In this document: positions 14,334 through 24,219 of the stretch, in pieces
Numbering within the stretch: position 1 is the stretch's first letter
Layout: the number at the start of each line of letters is the position of its first letter
Translations under genes and position numbers: made by a program
The notes under the pieces: model-generated
What the model saw: only the letters and a program-made list of their open reading frames with translations
What the model was told of the DNA's origin: nothing
Databases searched by the model: none
Assembly: GCA_044227045.1 (NCBI GenBank)
Contig: JBGAFW010000082.1
Coordinates: 1-32,000, forward strand
Direction of reading: 5' to 3'
From: Labilithrix sp.
GTDB taxonomy: Bacteria > Myxococcota_A > Polyangia > Polyangiales > Polyangiaceae
Length of the DNA stretch: 32,000 nt

Positions 14334-15158
14334 ATGAGCAGCGAAGTGACGAAGCCGACGCGAATGCCGACGCTCTACATTCCGCACGGTGGCGGTCCGT
14401 GCTTCTTCATGGAGTGGACGATGGGCCCGCGCGACACGTGGGAAGAGATGGCGGCGTTCCTGCGCGGCATCCCCAGAGCGTTACCGCAGACGCCGAGGGC
14501 GCTGCTCGTCATCTCCGCGCATTGGGAGTCGCGCGTCCCGACCGTGATCTCGTCGAAGGCGCCGCCGCTGCTCTTCGACTACTACGGCTTTCCGAAGCAG
14601 ACGTACGAGCTCACGTGGCCAGCGCCCGGATCGCCCGAGGTCGCGGCGCGCGTAGAGGAGCTCCTCGCCAAGGCAGGCATCGAGACGAAGCGCGACATGG
14701 AGCGCGGCTTCGACCACGGCGTGTTCATCCCGCTGAAGGTCGCGTTCCCGAACGCCGAGATCCCCACCGTTCAGCTCTCGCTGCAGGAGGGCCTCGACCC
14801 GAAGACGCATCTCGCGATCGGTCGCGCTCTCGAGCCGCTTCGCGACGAGGGCGTGCTCATCATCGGAAGCGGCATGAGCTATCACAACATGCGCGGCCTC
14901 ATGCAAGGCGGCGGGCTCGGGCACTCGCAGCGCTTCGACGACTGGCTCGGCAAGACGGTGAGCGATCGAGACATCGCCGCCCGCAACGAGGCGCTCGCGG
15001 AGTGGTCGTCTGCGCCCTCCGCGCGTGAGTGCCATCCGCGCGAAGAGCACCTGCTTCCTCTCATGGTCGCCTGCGGCGCCGCCGGGGACGACGCGGGCGA
15101 ACGCGTCTTCCGCGACGAGGTGATGAACGCTGTCGTGTCCGCAGTCCGCTTTGGCTGA
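14334..15158 (+). CDS. Class III extradiol ring-opening dioxygenase (LigB/DODA/YgiD-type)
   Basis: MPTLYIPHGGGPCFF..., FDYYGFPKQTYEL, RGFDHGVFIPL and IIGSGMSYHNMR are typical of the 4,5-DOPA-dioxygenase-like family. The start is ATG 14334 (or 14364). Confidence 0.85.
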   Translation: MSSEVTKPTRMPTLYIPHGGGPCFFMEWTMGPRDTWEEMAAFLRGIPRALPQTPRALLVISAHWESRVPTVISSKAPPLLFDYYGFPKQTYELTWPAPGSPEVAARVEELLAKAGIETKRDMERGFDHGVFIPLKVAFPNAEIPTVQLSLQEGLDPKTHLAIGRALEPLRDEGVLIIGSGMSYHNMRGLMQGGGLGHSQRFDDWLGKTVSDRDIAARNEALAEWSSAPSARECHPREEHLLPLMVACGAAGDDAGERVFRDEVMNAVVSAVRFG

Positions 15159-15170
15159 TCGTGCAGACGC

Positions 15171-16382
15171 CTAAGGCGTGACGTTGGCGAACACCGCCGT
15201 CCTGCTCTCGGGCAGGCGTGTCCAGCGGAGGTTCGACTCGATGCTCGTCGCGTCGGCGGTGGACCAGCGGACATCGCTTCCGCTGTTCGCGACGGGGAGG
15301 AGCTGCACTTGACGGAGCTTCAAGGATTGAGGGTCGAAGAGCGCGCGGCCGATGAAGTTCTTGGCCTGCGCGCCGAGAGAAGGGTGGAGGAAGTTGCCGA
15401 GGCTCTCGAAGACGACGCCTTTGCCGCTTCCGTCCTTCTTGCGGACGACGCGGACGGGCTTCCACACGTGCGGGCCGCTCCCGTAGACGACGTCACCGCC
15501 GAAGTCTTCGACGAACCGCACGCCGGTGCGAACGAGCTCGTCTTGGTCGGTGGGACCCATCGAGTGGAGCGCGAGGATGCGTAGATCGGCCTGCGCGGCT
15601 CGAAAGCTGCGGAAGAGCGCGTCGGTGTCGCCGGCGCATCCCGCGCGCGGACAGTCGGGGCGGCCAAGGTAGAGGCTGCCGAGCGCGACGCGGACGGTGC
15701 GTCCTTTGATCGTGAAGGCGTGTACGCTGACGCGGCTCGCGTCGTTGCGGTCGGCGCTCGCGGAGATGCCCGCCGTCGCCCAGTCCATGTCACCGAGGGC
15801 GGCGAGGCTCTTCGCCGTCATGTCGGCGCTCGCGACCTCGCCGTGCTCGCTCGTCTCGTTCGACGCGTAGCAGTCGCGCGAGTGGTTGTTCGACATGCCG
15901 ATGAGGTTGAAGCCCCGTTCGTGTGCTTGGGTCAGGTTCTCCGGGCGCGAGACGAAGGCATACGACCTCCCCGGCGAGTACGCGGTGCCAAACTGCGTGC
16001 AGCCGTTGCCGACGACCGTCTCCCAATTGATGAAGGAGAGATCCCCTCGGTAACCTTCGCCGGTGCGATCGAAGCGATCGAGCGCGGCGCCGAACTGCGC
16101 AGCGATCGGGACCTTCTCGTGCGTCTTGCTCCAGCCCGAGTCACCGACGCCGCGGACGTCGATGAAGCTCACGTGCGCGTGATCGAGCGGCGCGGCCGCG
16201 AGCGAGGACGCAGGCGCCGTCTCATCCGGCTGCGTGATCGCGACGAGCGCGCTCTCGTTCTCTGCCGGCTCGCCGTCGGTTGGGTCGACCGCGTCGCTCG
16301 CGGGGTCCTCCGCTTCGTTCGCTCCGCACGCGACGCCGAGGAGAAGGAGAAGGAGAGTGGAGAGGGCGCGAGAGGGGTGCAC
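15171..16382 (-). CDS. CapA/PGA_cap-family metallophosphatase-like lipoprotein
   Basis: GTG start at 16382. The signal peptide and lipobox are LLLLLLGVAC. SFINWETV, MSNNHSRD, LHSMGP, VVYGSGPHV and FESLGNF correspond to CapA-family motifs. Confidence 0.8.
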   Translation of the reverse strand: MHPSRALSTLLLLLLGVACGANEAEDPASDAVDPTDGEPAENESALVAITQPDETAPASSLAAAPLDHAHVSFIDVRGVGDSGWSKTHEKVPIAAQFGAALDRFDRTGEGYRGDLSFINWETVVGNGCTQFGTAYSPGRSYAFVSRPENLTQAHERGFNLIGMSNNHSRDCYASNETSEHGEVASADMTAKSLAALGDMDWATAGISASADRNDASRVSVHAFTIKGRTVRVALGSLYLGRPDCPRAGCAGDTDALFRSFRAAQADLRILALHSMGPTDQDELVRTGVRFVEDFGGDVVYGSGPHVWKPVRVVRKKDGSGKGVVFESLGNFLHPSLGAQAKNFIGRALFDPQSLKLRQVQLLPVANSGSDVRWSTADATSIESNLRWTRLPESRTAVFANVTP

Positions 16383-16592
16383 AGGCTCGGTGCGAGCAAG
16401 ACCTACACCAGCACCAAGGCGCGGATTTTCCGCTTACCAAACAGGCACGTGGGGTTCGGCCAGCCCAAAACGACGGTACATTGATCCAGTAGAAGTACGC
16501 TGTGATTGGAATGATAGTCTGAAATTACTGCGAATTTCGATGAGCGACCTTGGAATACGTTTCGGCACATCGTATGCGGTGGGCCCACCATC

Positions 16593-17816
16593 ATGGCCTT
16601 CTCGCTTCGCGCGCTCCTCGCCCTTGGTTTGACCTCCCTCATCACGGTCGCGGCCGGCTGCAGCGCCGATCCGACGGTCGGCGAGGAGGGCGACGACAGC
16701 GACGACGAGCCCGGGCAGACCGAAGATCCGCTCTCGACGCCCGCGGCGACAGGCCCGATCAAGTTCAACGACGCATGCCGTGCAGGTACGAAGATCACGA
16801 TCGCCGCCGTCGGCGATGTGCTCCTTCACACCCCGCTTCAGAGGCAAGCCTACGAATCTGCCGAGGGCCACAGCAGCTTGTGGAAGAACGTGCAGCCGCT
16901 CTTCTCTCGCGCCGACCTCACGTACGCGAACCTCGAAGGCCCATGCGCGGACGGACACACGACGTCGGGCACCACGCGCGACCCCGGCAAGGTGTTCGAT
17001 GGACGCGTCTACTCGAGCTACCCGCAGTTCAACTACCACCCGTCGCTCGTCGGCGCGCTCAAGAACGCGGGCATCGACGTCGTCTCGACCGCGAACAACC
17101 ACGCGCTCGACCGCCGCGGCCACGGCCTCGATCGCACGATCGAGAACCTCGAGAGCGCGGGCTTGCCGTTCACGGGAACGCGCCCGAGCACGGACATGCA
17201 GCACAAGTGGTACACGATGACCGAGGCGAAGGGCGTTCGCGTCGCGTGGCTCGCGTGCACGTTCTCGACGAACGGCATCCCCGATCCGCAGAACCAGGTC
17301 CTCTCTTGCTACGAAGACAAGGAGACCGTGCTCTCGACGATCAAGTCGCTCAAGCAGCGTGGTGACGTCGACGCGATCATCGTGACCCCGCACTGGGGCG
17401 TCGAGTATCAGCACTCCCCGCAACAGCAGGAGAAGAACCTCGCCTACGCGATGCTCGACGCCGGCGCGACCGCGATCATCGGGGGCCACCCTCACGTCGT
17501 TCAGCCGATGGAAAAGCACGTCACGGCGGACGGCCGCGAAGGCTTCGTCCTCTACTCGCTCGGCAACTTCGTGAGCGGGCAGACGGGCCTCGACAAGCAG
17601 TCGTCGCTCATCCTCTACGTCGGCCTCACGAAGGGCTCGGACGGCAAGGTGACGATCAACGGCGTGCGCCATGCGCCGATCCAGATGAAGTCTTCCCCGA
17701 CGTGGACGGCGCAGTACGCGACCGGGGAGAGCCTCGCGCAGACGACGCGCCTGCTCGGTCAGTGGAACCGCATCGGACCGGACGAGGATCTGGTCACGAA
17801 CCCCGAGTGCCAGTAG
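16593..17816 (+). CDS. CapA/PGA_cap-family metallophosphatase-like lipoprotein (divergent paralogue)
   Basis: Lipobox LITVAAGC. AAVGDVLLH, TYANLEGP, STANNHALD, TPHWGVEY, IIGGHPHVVQP and LYSLGNF are canonical CapA motifs. Confidence 0.85.
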   Translation: MAFSLRALLALGLTSLITVAAGCSADPTVGEEGDDSDDEPGQTEDPLSTPAATGPIKFNDACRAGTKITIAAVGDVLLHTPLQRQAYESAEGHSSLWKNVQPLFSRADLTYANLEGPCADGHTTSGTTRDPGKVFDGRVYSSYPQFNYHPSLVGALKNAGIDVVSTANNHALDRRGHGLDRTIENLESAGLPFTGTRPSTDMQHKWYTMTEAKGVRVAWLACTFSTNGIPDPQNQVLSCYEDKETVLSTIKSLKQRGDVDAIIVTPHWGVEYQHSPQQQEKNLAYAMLDAGATAIIGGHPHVVQPMEKHVTADGREGFVLYSLGNFVSGQTGLDKQSSLILYVGLTKGSDGKVTINGVRHAPIQMKSSPTWTAQYATGESLAQTTRLLGQWNRIGPDEDLVTNPECQ

Positions 17817-18600
17817 CCAGGCGCACGAACGACGCGATCGCCTCGAGCGTGCGCTCCTTGCGATCGCGATGAGGGGAGTGGCCGCAGCGCTCGAGGATGA
17901 GCGCCTGCGCTTTGTCGGACCGCGCGCGTATCGCCTCGACCTGCGCGAGGGTGCCGTACTCGTCGTTCTGGCCTTGAATGACCAGGATCGGCACCTCGAC
18001 CGAGCCGACGACCTCTTCGATGTTCCAGGTGCGAAAGGCGGGCGAGAGCCACACGTCGTTCCATCCGCGGAAGGCGATGTCGACGTTCTTGCCATGGTGC
18101 TTCTCGAGGCGGGCACGCAGGTCGGTCTCTTCGTACGTCGCGCGCGCCCTCGTGATGCTCGCGATGCTCACGTCCTCGACGAACACGTGCGGCGCCATCG
18201 CGACCACGCCGCGGAGCCCCTTCGGTCGTGAGGACGCGTAGAGGAGCGCGATCGACGCGCCGTCGCTATGGCCGACCAGGATCACGTCTTCCCGAGCGCC
18301 GACCGCGTCGAGCACGCGAGGAAGGTCGCCCTTCGCCTCGTCGTGCATGAACGAGACGGGACGCGGGAGCGCGATCGGATCGGAGCCGCCGTAGCCGCGA
18401 CGGCTGTAGACGATCGTGCGAAGCCCCGTCTGCGCGGCGACGAGATCGGGGAAGTCGCGCCACAAGCTGATCGAGCCGAGCCCTTCGTGAAGGAAGACGA
18501 GCTGCGTGCGAAGGGCCGCGGGCGCGCCATGCGGTGGCTCGATCACGCGCACCTCGACCCGTGCGCCGCCGACATCGACGTGGGTGATCGCGGCGCTCAT
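17794..18600 (-). CDS. Alpha/beta-fold hydrolase
   Basis: I place the start at ATG 18600..18598, overlapping the upstream stop as ATGA. LVFLHEGLGS, the nucleophile elbow GHSDGAS and the C-terminal CGHSPH are typical. The 3' end overlaps the convergent 16593..17816 gene by 23 bp. Confidence 0.85.
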   Translation of the reverse strand: MSAAITHVDVGGARVEVRVIEPPHGAPAALRTQLVFLHEGLGSISLWRDFPDLVAAQTGLRTIVYSRRGYGGSDPIALPRPVSFMHDEAKGDLPRVLDAVGAREDVILVGHSDGASIALLYASSRPKGLRGVVAMAPHVFVEDVSIASITRARATYEETDLRARLEKHHGKNVDIAFRGWNDVWLSPAFRTWNIEEVVGSVEVPILVIQGQNDEYGTLAQVEAIRARSDKAQALILERCGHSPHRDRKERTLEAIASFVRLATGTRGS

Positions 18601-20147
18601 CAGGAGGAGATGCGGGCGCGAAGATGAAAGCGCTGGATCTTTCCGGTCGCCGTCTTCGGCAGCTCTTCGATGATCGTGATCGTGCGCGGGATCTTGTACG
18701 CGGCGAGGCGCTCGCGCACGAAGGCCTTCAGTATGTCCTCGAGGCCCTTTCGCTCGGTCGACTCTTCGCGCAGCGTGATGAAGGCGTGCGGCTTCGCGAG
18801 CCCGTCGCCGTCGTGCGCGCCGATGACCGCGCACTCGAGGACGAGCGGGTGCGCGATGATCGCGGCCTCGACCTCGACGGGGGAGACCCAGATTCCGCCT
18901 GCCTTGATCATGTCGTCGCTGCGGCCTGCGTGGAAGAAATAGCCGTCCGCGTCGCGGTGGTACTTGTCGCCGGTGCGGATCCACTCGCCCTGGATCGTGC
19001 TCCGTGTCAGGTCGTGCTTGTTCCAGTAGAGCGCCGCGGTCGAGTCTCCTCGCACGACGAGGTCGCCGATCTCGCCGGTGGCGACGTCGTTGCCTGCTTC
19101 GTCGACCAGCCGTAGCTCATATCCCGCGATCGGCTTGCCGGTCGATCCAGCGCGGCACTCCCCGGCGCGGTTCGAGAGGAAGATGTGACAGATCTCCGTC
19201 GAGCCGATCCCGTCGAGGATCTCGAGCCCTGTTCGCTCGCGCCATCGCTCGAACACCGCGGCCGGGAGCGCTTCCCCTGCGCTCGCGCAGCGGCGGACCG
19301 AGGAGAAGTCGTACGCAACACCGTTGTCCATCGCGGCGAGCATGTTGGCGTAGGCCGTGGGCACGCCGAAGAAGACGGTGGGGCGGTGACGGCGCACCTG
19401 GTCGAAGACGGCCTCGGGCAGGGGCCTGCCTGCGAAGAGCGCCGTCGACGCGCCGACGTGCTGCGGAAAGTAGAGCGAGTTGCCGAGCCCATACGCGAAG
19501 AAGATCTTCGCGATGCTGAAGCAGCGATCGTCGGGTGTGATCTCGAGGACGTCCTTGCCGTACGTCTCGCAGCAAATCCACATGTCGTGGTGGAGGTGCA
19601 CGACACCCTTCGGCTCGCCGGTGGTGCCGCTCGAGTAGAGGAAGAACGCGAACGCGTCACGATGCGTCGCCATGTACTCGATCGCCGGCGGAGTCGACGC
19701 GATGAGCGCGCTCACGTCGTCGACCGATTTGACGACGACGCTCTCCTCGGAGGGGGCGATCGCCGAGGTCGCCACCTTCGGGTCGATCACGACGAAGCGC
19801 GGGTCGCAGTCTTCGAGGATCTTCTGGTGGTCTTCGGGCTTGAGCAGCGTGTTGAGGGGGACGGCGACCGCGCCGGCCGCCAGCGCGCCCCAGAAACAGA
19901 TCGCGAGCAGCGGTCCGTCGAGCATGACGAGCGCCACGCGGTCGCCGCGATGGACCCCTGCGTCACGCAGGCATCGCGCGAAGCGGCGGACCCGCTCGTC
20001 GAGCTCCGCATAGGTGAGCGACACATCGTCGGTGACGATCGCGGTGCGATCGCCATGTCCTTCGGTGACGTGCCGCCGGACGAACCATTCGGCAGCATTG
20101 AATCGAGGCGGAAGATGTTCGGACGCTCGCATGGCGACGCGCATCAT
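18600..20147 (-). CDS. Benzoate-CoA ligase family AMP-dependent synthetase (aryl-acid CoA ligase)
   Basis: YSSGTTGEPKGVVH, AKIFFAYGLGNSLYFP, SAGEALP, DGIGSTEICHIFLSN, TGDKY and GRSDDMIKAGGIWVSPVEVE match the benzoate/4-hydroxybenzoate/2-aminobenzoate-CoA ligase subfamily. The start is ATG 20147 (MMRVAMRASEHLPPRFNAAEWF). Confidence 0.85.
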   Translation of the reverse strand: MMRVAMRASEHLPPRFNAAEWFVRRHVTEGHGDRTAIVTDDVSLTYAELDERVRRFARCLRDAGVHRGDRVALVMLDGPLLAICFWGALAAGAVAVPLNTLLKPEDHQKILEDCDPRFVVIDPKVATSAIAPSEESVVVKSVDDVSALIASTPPAIEYMATHRDAFAFFLYSSGTTGEPKGVVHLHHDMWICCETYGKDVLEITPDDRCFSIAKIFFAYGLGNSLYFPQHVGASTALFAGRPLPEAVFDQVRRHRPTVFFGVPTAYANMLAAMDNGVAYDFSSVRRCASAGEALPAAVFERWRERTGLEILDGIGSTEICHIFLSNRAGECRAGSTGKPIAGYELRLVDEAGNDVATGEIGDLVVRGDSTAALYWNKHDLTRSTIQGEWIRTGDKYHRDADGYFFHAGRSDDMIKAGGIWVSPVEVEAAIIAHPLVLECAVIGAHDGDGLAKPHAFITLREESTERKGLEDILKAFVRERLAAYKIPRTITIIEELPKTATGKIQRFHLRARISS

Positions 20148-20500
20148 AGCGTCAGATGGGCTCGCTCGAAGACGCAGAAAATCGAGGGATCGTCTGGCCT
20201 TAGCGGCGATGCGGAGCGCATGCGCAGGGCTTTCGACCGCTTGCTCGGCGACAACCCCGCAACATCTCGCAGGCGGTCGTTTACGCCGCGATCCGTCATG
20301 TGGTATGAGCCGCGGCACCTCCTTCGGTGGATCGATCAAATTCATCGAGAGAGGCGAGGCGTGCTGAAGCGCTCCCGCGGACCCGTTGCTCAGTCGAGCA
20401 CCGAACGCAGGGCGGCCAACCCCTCGAGTCGCTGGGCTCGATAGGGACAACGAATTTCTCTCCCTGCCGTGCTCACACAAACTCGGAGAGGACTCGGTCC

Positions 20501-23080
20501 ATGATGTCTCGTTCAAGTTGGGCGAATTGGCTCCTTCGAGCCACGGCGTTTCTCGCGTCGCTCATTGTTGCGTTCCCTGTTTTCGCGGAGCCCGAAGTCG
20601 GCGGCGCCGCACCCGTTCACCATGGTGGTGGCGAGGCCAACCTCGTCGTGCCGAACCTGAGCGACCCCAACGTCGCCAAGTTCCTCGGCAATGTGCCCGG
20701 CGGCACCCTGCTCACTGGCGGCATCGTCGTCTCGCTGCTCGGCATGGCCTTCGGGTTCATGATCTACACGCAGCTCCGGAACCTGCCGGTTCACAAGTCG
20801 ATGCTCGAGATCAGCGAGCTGATCTACGAGACGTGCAAGACGTACCTCGTCACGCAGATCAAGTTCATCTTGATCCTCGAGGCGTTCATCGGCGCGATCA
20901 TCGTTTACTACTTCGGCGTCGCCCAGCACTACTTCAGTGAAGGCAAGGCCGCGCAGGTGATGATCATCCTCGCGTTCAGCCTCGTCGGCATCGCGGGATC
21001 GTGCGCCGTCGCGTGGTTCGGCATTCGCGTCAACACCTTCGCGAACTCCCGCACCGCGTTCGCAGCGCTCAAGGGCAAGCCCTTCCCCTGCTACGCCATC
21101 CCGCTGAAGGCCGGCATGTCGATCGGCATGCTGCTCATCTCGGTCGAGCTCGTCATCATGCTCGCCATCCTCCTCTTCATCCCCGGCCAGTACGCCGGCC
21201 CGTGCTTCATCGGCTTCGCCATCGGCGAGTCGCTCGGCGCGTCGGCCCTCCGTATCGCCGGCGGTATCTTCACGAAGATCGCCGACATCGGCTCGGACCT
21301 CATGAAGATCGTCTTCAAGATCAAGGAAGACGACGCGCGTAACCCCGGCGTCATCGCCGACTGCACCGGCGACAACGCGGGTGACTCGGTCGGTCCGTCC
21401 GCCGACGGCTTCGAGACCTACGGCGTCACCGGCGTCGCGCTCATCTCGTTCATCCTCCTCGCGGTCAAGAACCCGACCGTTCAGGTTCAGCTCCTCGTCT
21501 GGATCTTCGTCATGCGTATCGTGATGGTGCTCGCGAGCGTCATCTCGTACTTCATCAACGACGTCCTCGCGAAGGGCAAGCACCAGAACAGCGACAAGAT
21601 GAACTTCGAGCAGCCGCTCACGCAGCTCGTCATCATCACGTCGGTCGTCTCCGTCATCCTCACGTTCATCGTGTCGAAGCAGCTCATCCCGGGCCTCTCG
21701 CCCGAGGAGCTCAACGCGGCTCGTCAGGCAGGCCAGGCGGTCGGCATCACCGACCCGTCGCTCTGGTGGAAGCTCTCGATCATCATCACCTGCGGTACCG
21801 CCGCCGGCGCGATCATCCCCGAGCTCATCAAGGTCTTCACGTCGGTCGAGTCCGGCCACGTCCGCGAGGTCGTCACGTCGTCGAAAGAAGGCGGACCTTC
21901 GCTCAACATCCTCTCCGGTCTCACGGCGGGTAACTTCAGCGCCTACTGGATGGGCATCGTCCTCATCTTCCTGATGGGCACCGCGTACATGGTGTCGAAG
22001 GAAGGCGTCGGGCAGATCATGATGATCGGCTCCTTCGACCCGTCCGCGGTCTTCGCGTTCGGTCTCGTCGCCTTCGGCTTCCTCGGAATGGGCCCGGTGA
22101 CGATCGCCGTCGACTCGTACGGTCCGGTCACGGACAACGCGCAGTCGGTCTACGAGCTCTCGGTCATCGAGGGCATCCCGGACATCAAGGAGAAGGTCAA
22201 GAAGGAGTTCGGGTTCGAGCCGGCCTTCGAGAAGGCCAAGCACTACCTCGAAGAGAACGACGGCGCGGGCAACACCTTCAAAGCCACCGCGAAGCCCGTC
22301 CTCATCGGCACCGCGGTCGTTGGAGCCACCACGATGATCTTCGCGATCATCGTCGCCCTCACGCAAGGCTTCAGCACGAACACGGACAAGATCTCGCTCC
22401 TCTATCCGCCGTTCCTCCTCGGCCTCATCGCCGGCGGCTCGGTCATCTACTGGTTCACCGGCGCGTCGACCCAAGCGGTCACCACCGGCGCCTACCGCGC
22501 CGTCGAGTTCATCAAGGCGAACATCAAGCTCGAAGGCGTCGAGAAGGCGTCGATCGAGGACTCCAAGAAGGTCGTCGAAATCTGCACGGTCTACGCGCAG
22601 AAGGGGATGTTCAACATCTTCCTCACGATCTTCTTCTCGACCCTCGCGTTCGCGTTCTACGACTCGTTCTTCTTCATCGGCTACCTCATCGGCATCGCCC
22701 TCTTCGGTCTCTTCCAAGCGCTCTTCATGGCCAACGCTGGCGGCGCCTGGGACAACGCGAAGAAGATCGTCGAAGTCGAGCTGAAGGCGAAGGGCACGCC
22801 GCTGCACGATGCCACCGTCGTCGGTGACACCGTCGGTGACCCATTCAAGGACACGTCGTCCGTCGCGCTCAACCCCGTCATCAAGTTCACGACCCTCTTC
22901 GGCCTCCTCGCCGTCGAGCTCGCCGAGCAGATGAAGGTGGGCGACAAGACGATGCCGCTCATCCTCGCGGCGGTCTTCTTCGGGCTCTCCGTCGTCTTCG
23001 TCTACCGCTCGTTCTACGGAATGCGCATCCAGAGCGGCAACGAAGCCGAGGCCGCTGGCGGCAAAGAGGCGAAGGCCTGA
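20501..23080 (+). CDS. hppA: Membrane-integral proton/sodium-translocating pyrophosphatase
   Basis: Multi-pass membrane protein with GGIFTKIADIGSDLMKIVFKIKEDDARNPGVIADCTGDNAGDSVGPSADGFETY and DAT(V)VGDTVGDPFKDTSSVALNPVIK, the hallmark V-PPase motifs. The start is ATG 20501. Confidence 0.95.
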   Translation: MMSRSSWANWLLRATAFLASLIVAFPVFAEPEVGGAAPVHHGGGEANLVVPNLSDPNVAKFLGNVPGGTLLTGGIVVSLLGMAFGFMIYTQLRNLPVHKSMLEISELIYETCKTYLVTQIKFILILEAFIGAIIVYYFGVAQHYFSEGKAAQVMIILAFSLVGIAGSCAVAWFGIRVNTFANSRTAFAALKGKPFPCYAIPLKAGMSIGMLLISVELVIMLAILLFIPGQYAGPCFIGFAIGESLGASALRIAGGIFTKIADIGSDLMKIVFKIKEDDARNPGVIADCTGDNAGDSVGPSADGFETYGVTGVALISFILLAVKNPTVQVQLLVWIFVMRIVMVLASVISYFINDVLAKGKHQNSDKMNFEQPLTQLVIITSVVSVILTFIVSKQLIPGLSPEELNAARQAGQAVGITDPSLWWKLSIIITCGTAAGAIIPELIKVFTSVESGHVREVVTSSKEGGPSLNILSGLTAGNFSAYWMGIVLIFLMGTAYMVSKEGVGQIMMIGSFDPSAVFAFGLVAFGFLGMGPVTIAVDSYGPVTDNAQSVYELSVIEGIPDIKEKVKKEFGFEPAFEKAKHYLEENDGAGNTFKATAKPVLIGTAVVGATTMIFAIIVALTQGFSTNTDKISLLYPPFLLGLIAGGSVIYWFTGASTQAVTTGAYRAVEFIKANIKLEGVEKASIEDSKKVVEICTVYAQKGMFNIFLTIFFSTLAFAFYDSFFFIGYLIGIALFGLFQALFMANAGGAWDNAKKIVEVELKAKGTPLHDATVVGDTVGDPFKDTSSVALNPVIKFTTLFGLLAVELAEQMKVGDKTMPLILAAVFFGLSVVFVYRSFYGMRIQSGNEAEAAGGKEAKA

Positions 23081-23121
23081 GATTGCAGTCAGGCTCCGTC
23101 CTAACGGCGGAGTGATAGAAA

Positions 23122-23167
23122 ACACCGGCCGGTGGCTCTTCGAGAGTCGCCGGCCGATGTGTTTTGT
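23122..23167 (+). terminator. Intrinsic terminator after hppA
   Basis: An ~18-bp stem ACACCGGCCGGTGGCTCT-TCG-AGAGTCGCCGGCCGATGT (one mismatch, two G-U pairs) is followed by GTTTTGT. Confidence 0.7.
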
Positions 23168-23225
23168 CGGCGTCGTTTGTCGTCGTGCTTTGTTCTGCGA
23201 ACGCGCGAAGGCGTAGCATTCGAGC

Positions 23226-24176
23226 ATGACGATCGAGCTCGTGATTCATCCGGGGCCGGCGCTGACGCGCGAGCAGTTTCTCGCGACGCATCCGCCCTAC
23301 AGCGTCGCGCTCGACGGCTACGTCTTCGGCGAGCCGTTCCTCGAGATGACGGAGGGCGGTCCTTACCGCAACTTCAACCATCACGAGACGGTGGATCGAA
23401 GCTGCACGTCGGCGACGTGCGAGCAGGTGAGGCGGGCCGTCGTGCTCGGCTTCTATGATCTGTTCCGGCACAAGGGGAATCGCACCGCGAAGATCTTCGT
23501 CAACGACTGCGACCAGGACGTGTGCACCGCGACGTGGATCCTGATGAACCCCGATCGCGCGTCCGAGCCGATGGTGCGCATGTTCAGCCAGATCGTCGAC
23601 CTCCTCGACATGTCCGCCGGCGCCTACCCGATGCCTCACGAGCGCGATCTCCTCGGCCAGCAGCGATGGGTCTTCGAGCCGTACCAGCGCGCGAGGCCCA
23701 ACCTCACGGGGATGAGCGGCGAGCAGATGCGGCAAGTGATCTTCGACGTGCATCACCGGATGGAGCAGTTCGTGATGGGGCGAGCCGAGAGCATGCCGCT
23801 CATCGGTGAGTACGAGCGCATCGGCGGAGGCGACGGATGGATCTTCGCGAGCGTGACGCATCAGAGCGCGCGCGAGCGGATGGTCTCTGCGGGCGTGCGC
23901 GCCGCGGTCGAGCTCTTCGGGCGCACCGCCGACGGCCGCTACATGTACACGGTGTGGCGACGATCGGAGTACGTGATCGGATTTCCGGTCAGCGAGATCC
24001 TCGCTGCGCTGAACGAGCGAGAGGGTTTTCTGCCGGTGGACGCGAACGGGTGGGGCGGGGCGGCGACCGTCGGCGGAAGCCCGCGCGGCCGAGGCAGCTC
24101 GCTCGCGCCGGAAGAGGTCGAGCGGATCGTCAACGAGGTCGTCGCCCAGGCGCGAGGCCCGAAAACGGCGCTTTGA
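23226..24176 (+). CDS. Hypothetical protein (family not recognised)
   Basis: A 316-aa ORF with an ATG start and normal GC-rich codon usage. Possible metal-ligand clusters (FNHHETVDR, VNDCDQDV) are suggestive only. Confidence 0.7.
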   Translation: MTIELVIHPGPALTREQFLATHPPYSVALDGYVFGEPFLEMTEGGPYRNFNHHETVDRSCTSATCEQVRRAVVLGFYDLFRHKGNRTAKIFVNDCDQDVCTATWILMNPDRASEPMVRMFSQIVDLLDMSAGAYPMPHERDLLGQQRWVFEPYQRARPNLTGMSGEQMRQVIFDVHHRMEQFVMGRAESMPLIGEYERIGGGDGWIFASVTHQSARERMVSAGVRAAVELFGRTADGRYMYTVWRRSEYVIGFPVSEILAALNEREGFLPVDANGWGGAATVGGSPRGRGSSLAPEEVERIVNEVVAQARGPKTAL

Positions 24177-24219
24177 TCCTGCGCCCCCGTCTGGCGAGAT
24201 TGATTGTAGAATCCCACCA

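Noticed and set aside
16620-16640. CCTTGGTTTGACC, resembling half of the 20-bp palindrome of the 4565-5880 array
   Set aside because: It is only a partial one-arm match with an extra T, and it lies inside the signal-peptide coding region of the CapA gene. It is most likely coincidental.
20513-23227. 904-aa minus-strand ORF, and similar long antisense ORFs (16434..18116 -, 22959..24287 -, 420..1661 +, 1964..2977 +, 19185..20444 +)
   Set aside because: Each is antisense to a gene with clear family motifs (hppA, CapA, hydrolase, protease, CoA ligase). Their composition is dominated by R/D/E/A/G with no recognisable motifs.
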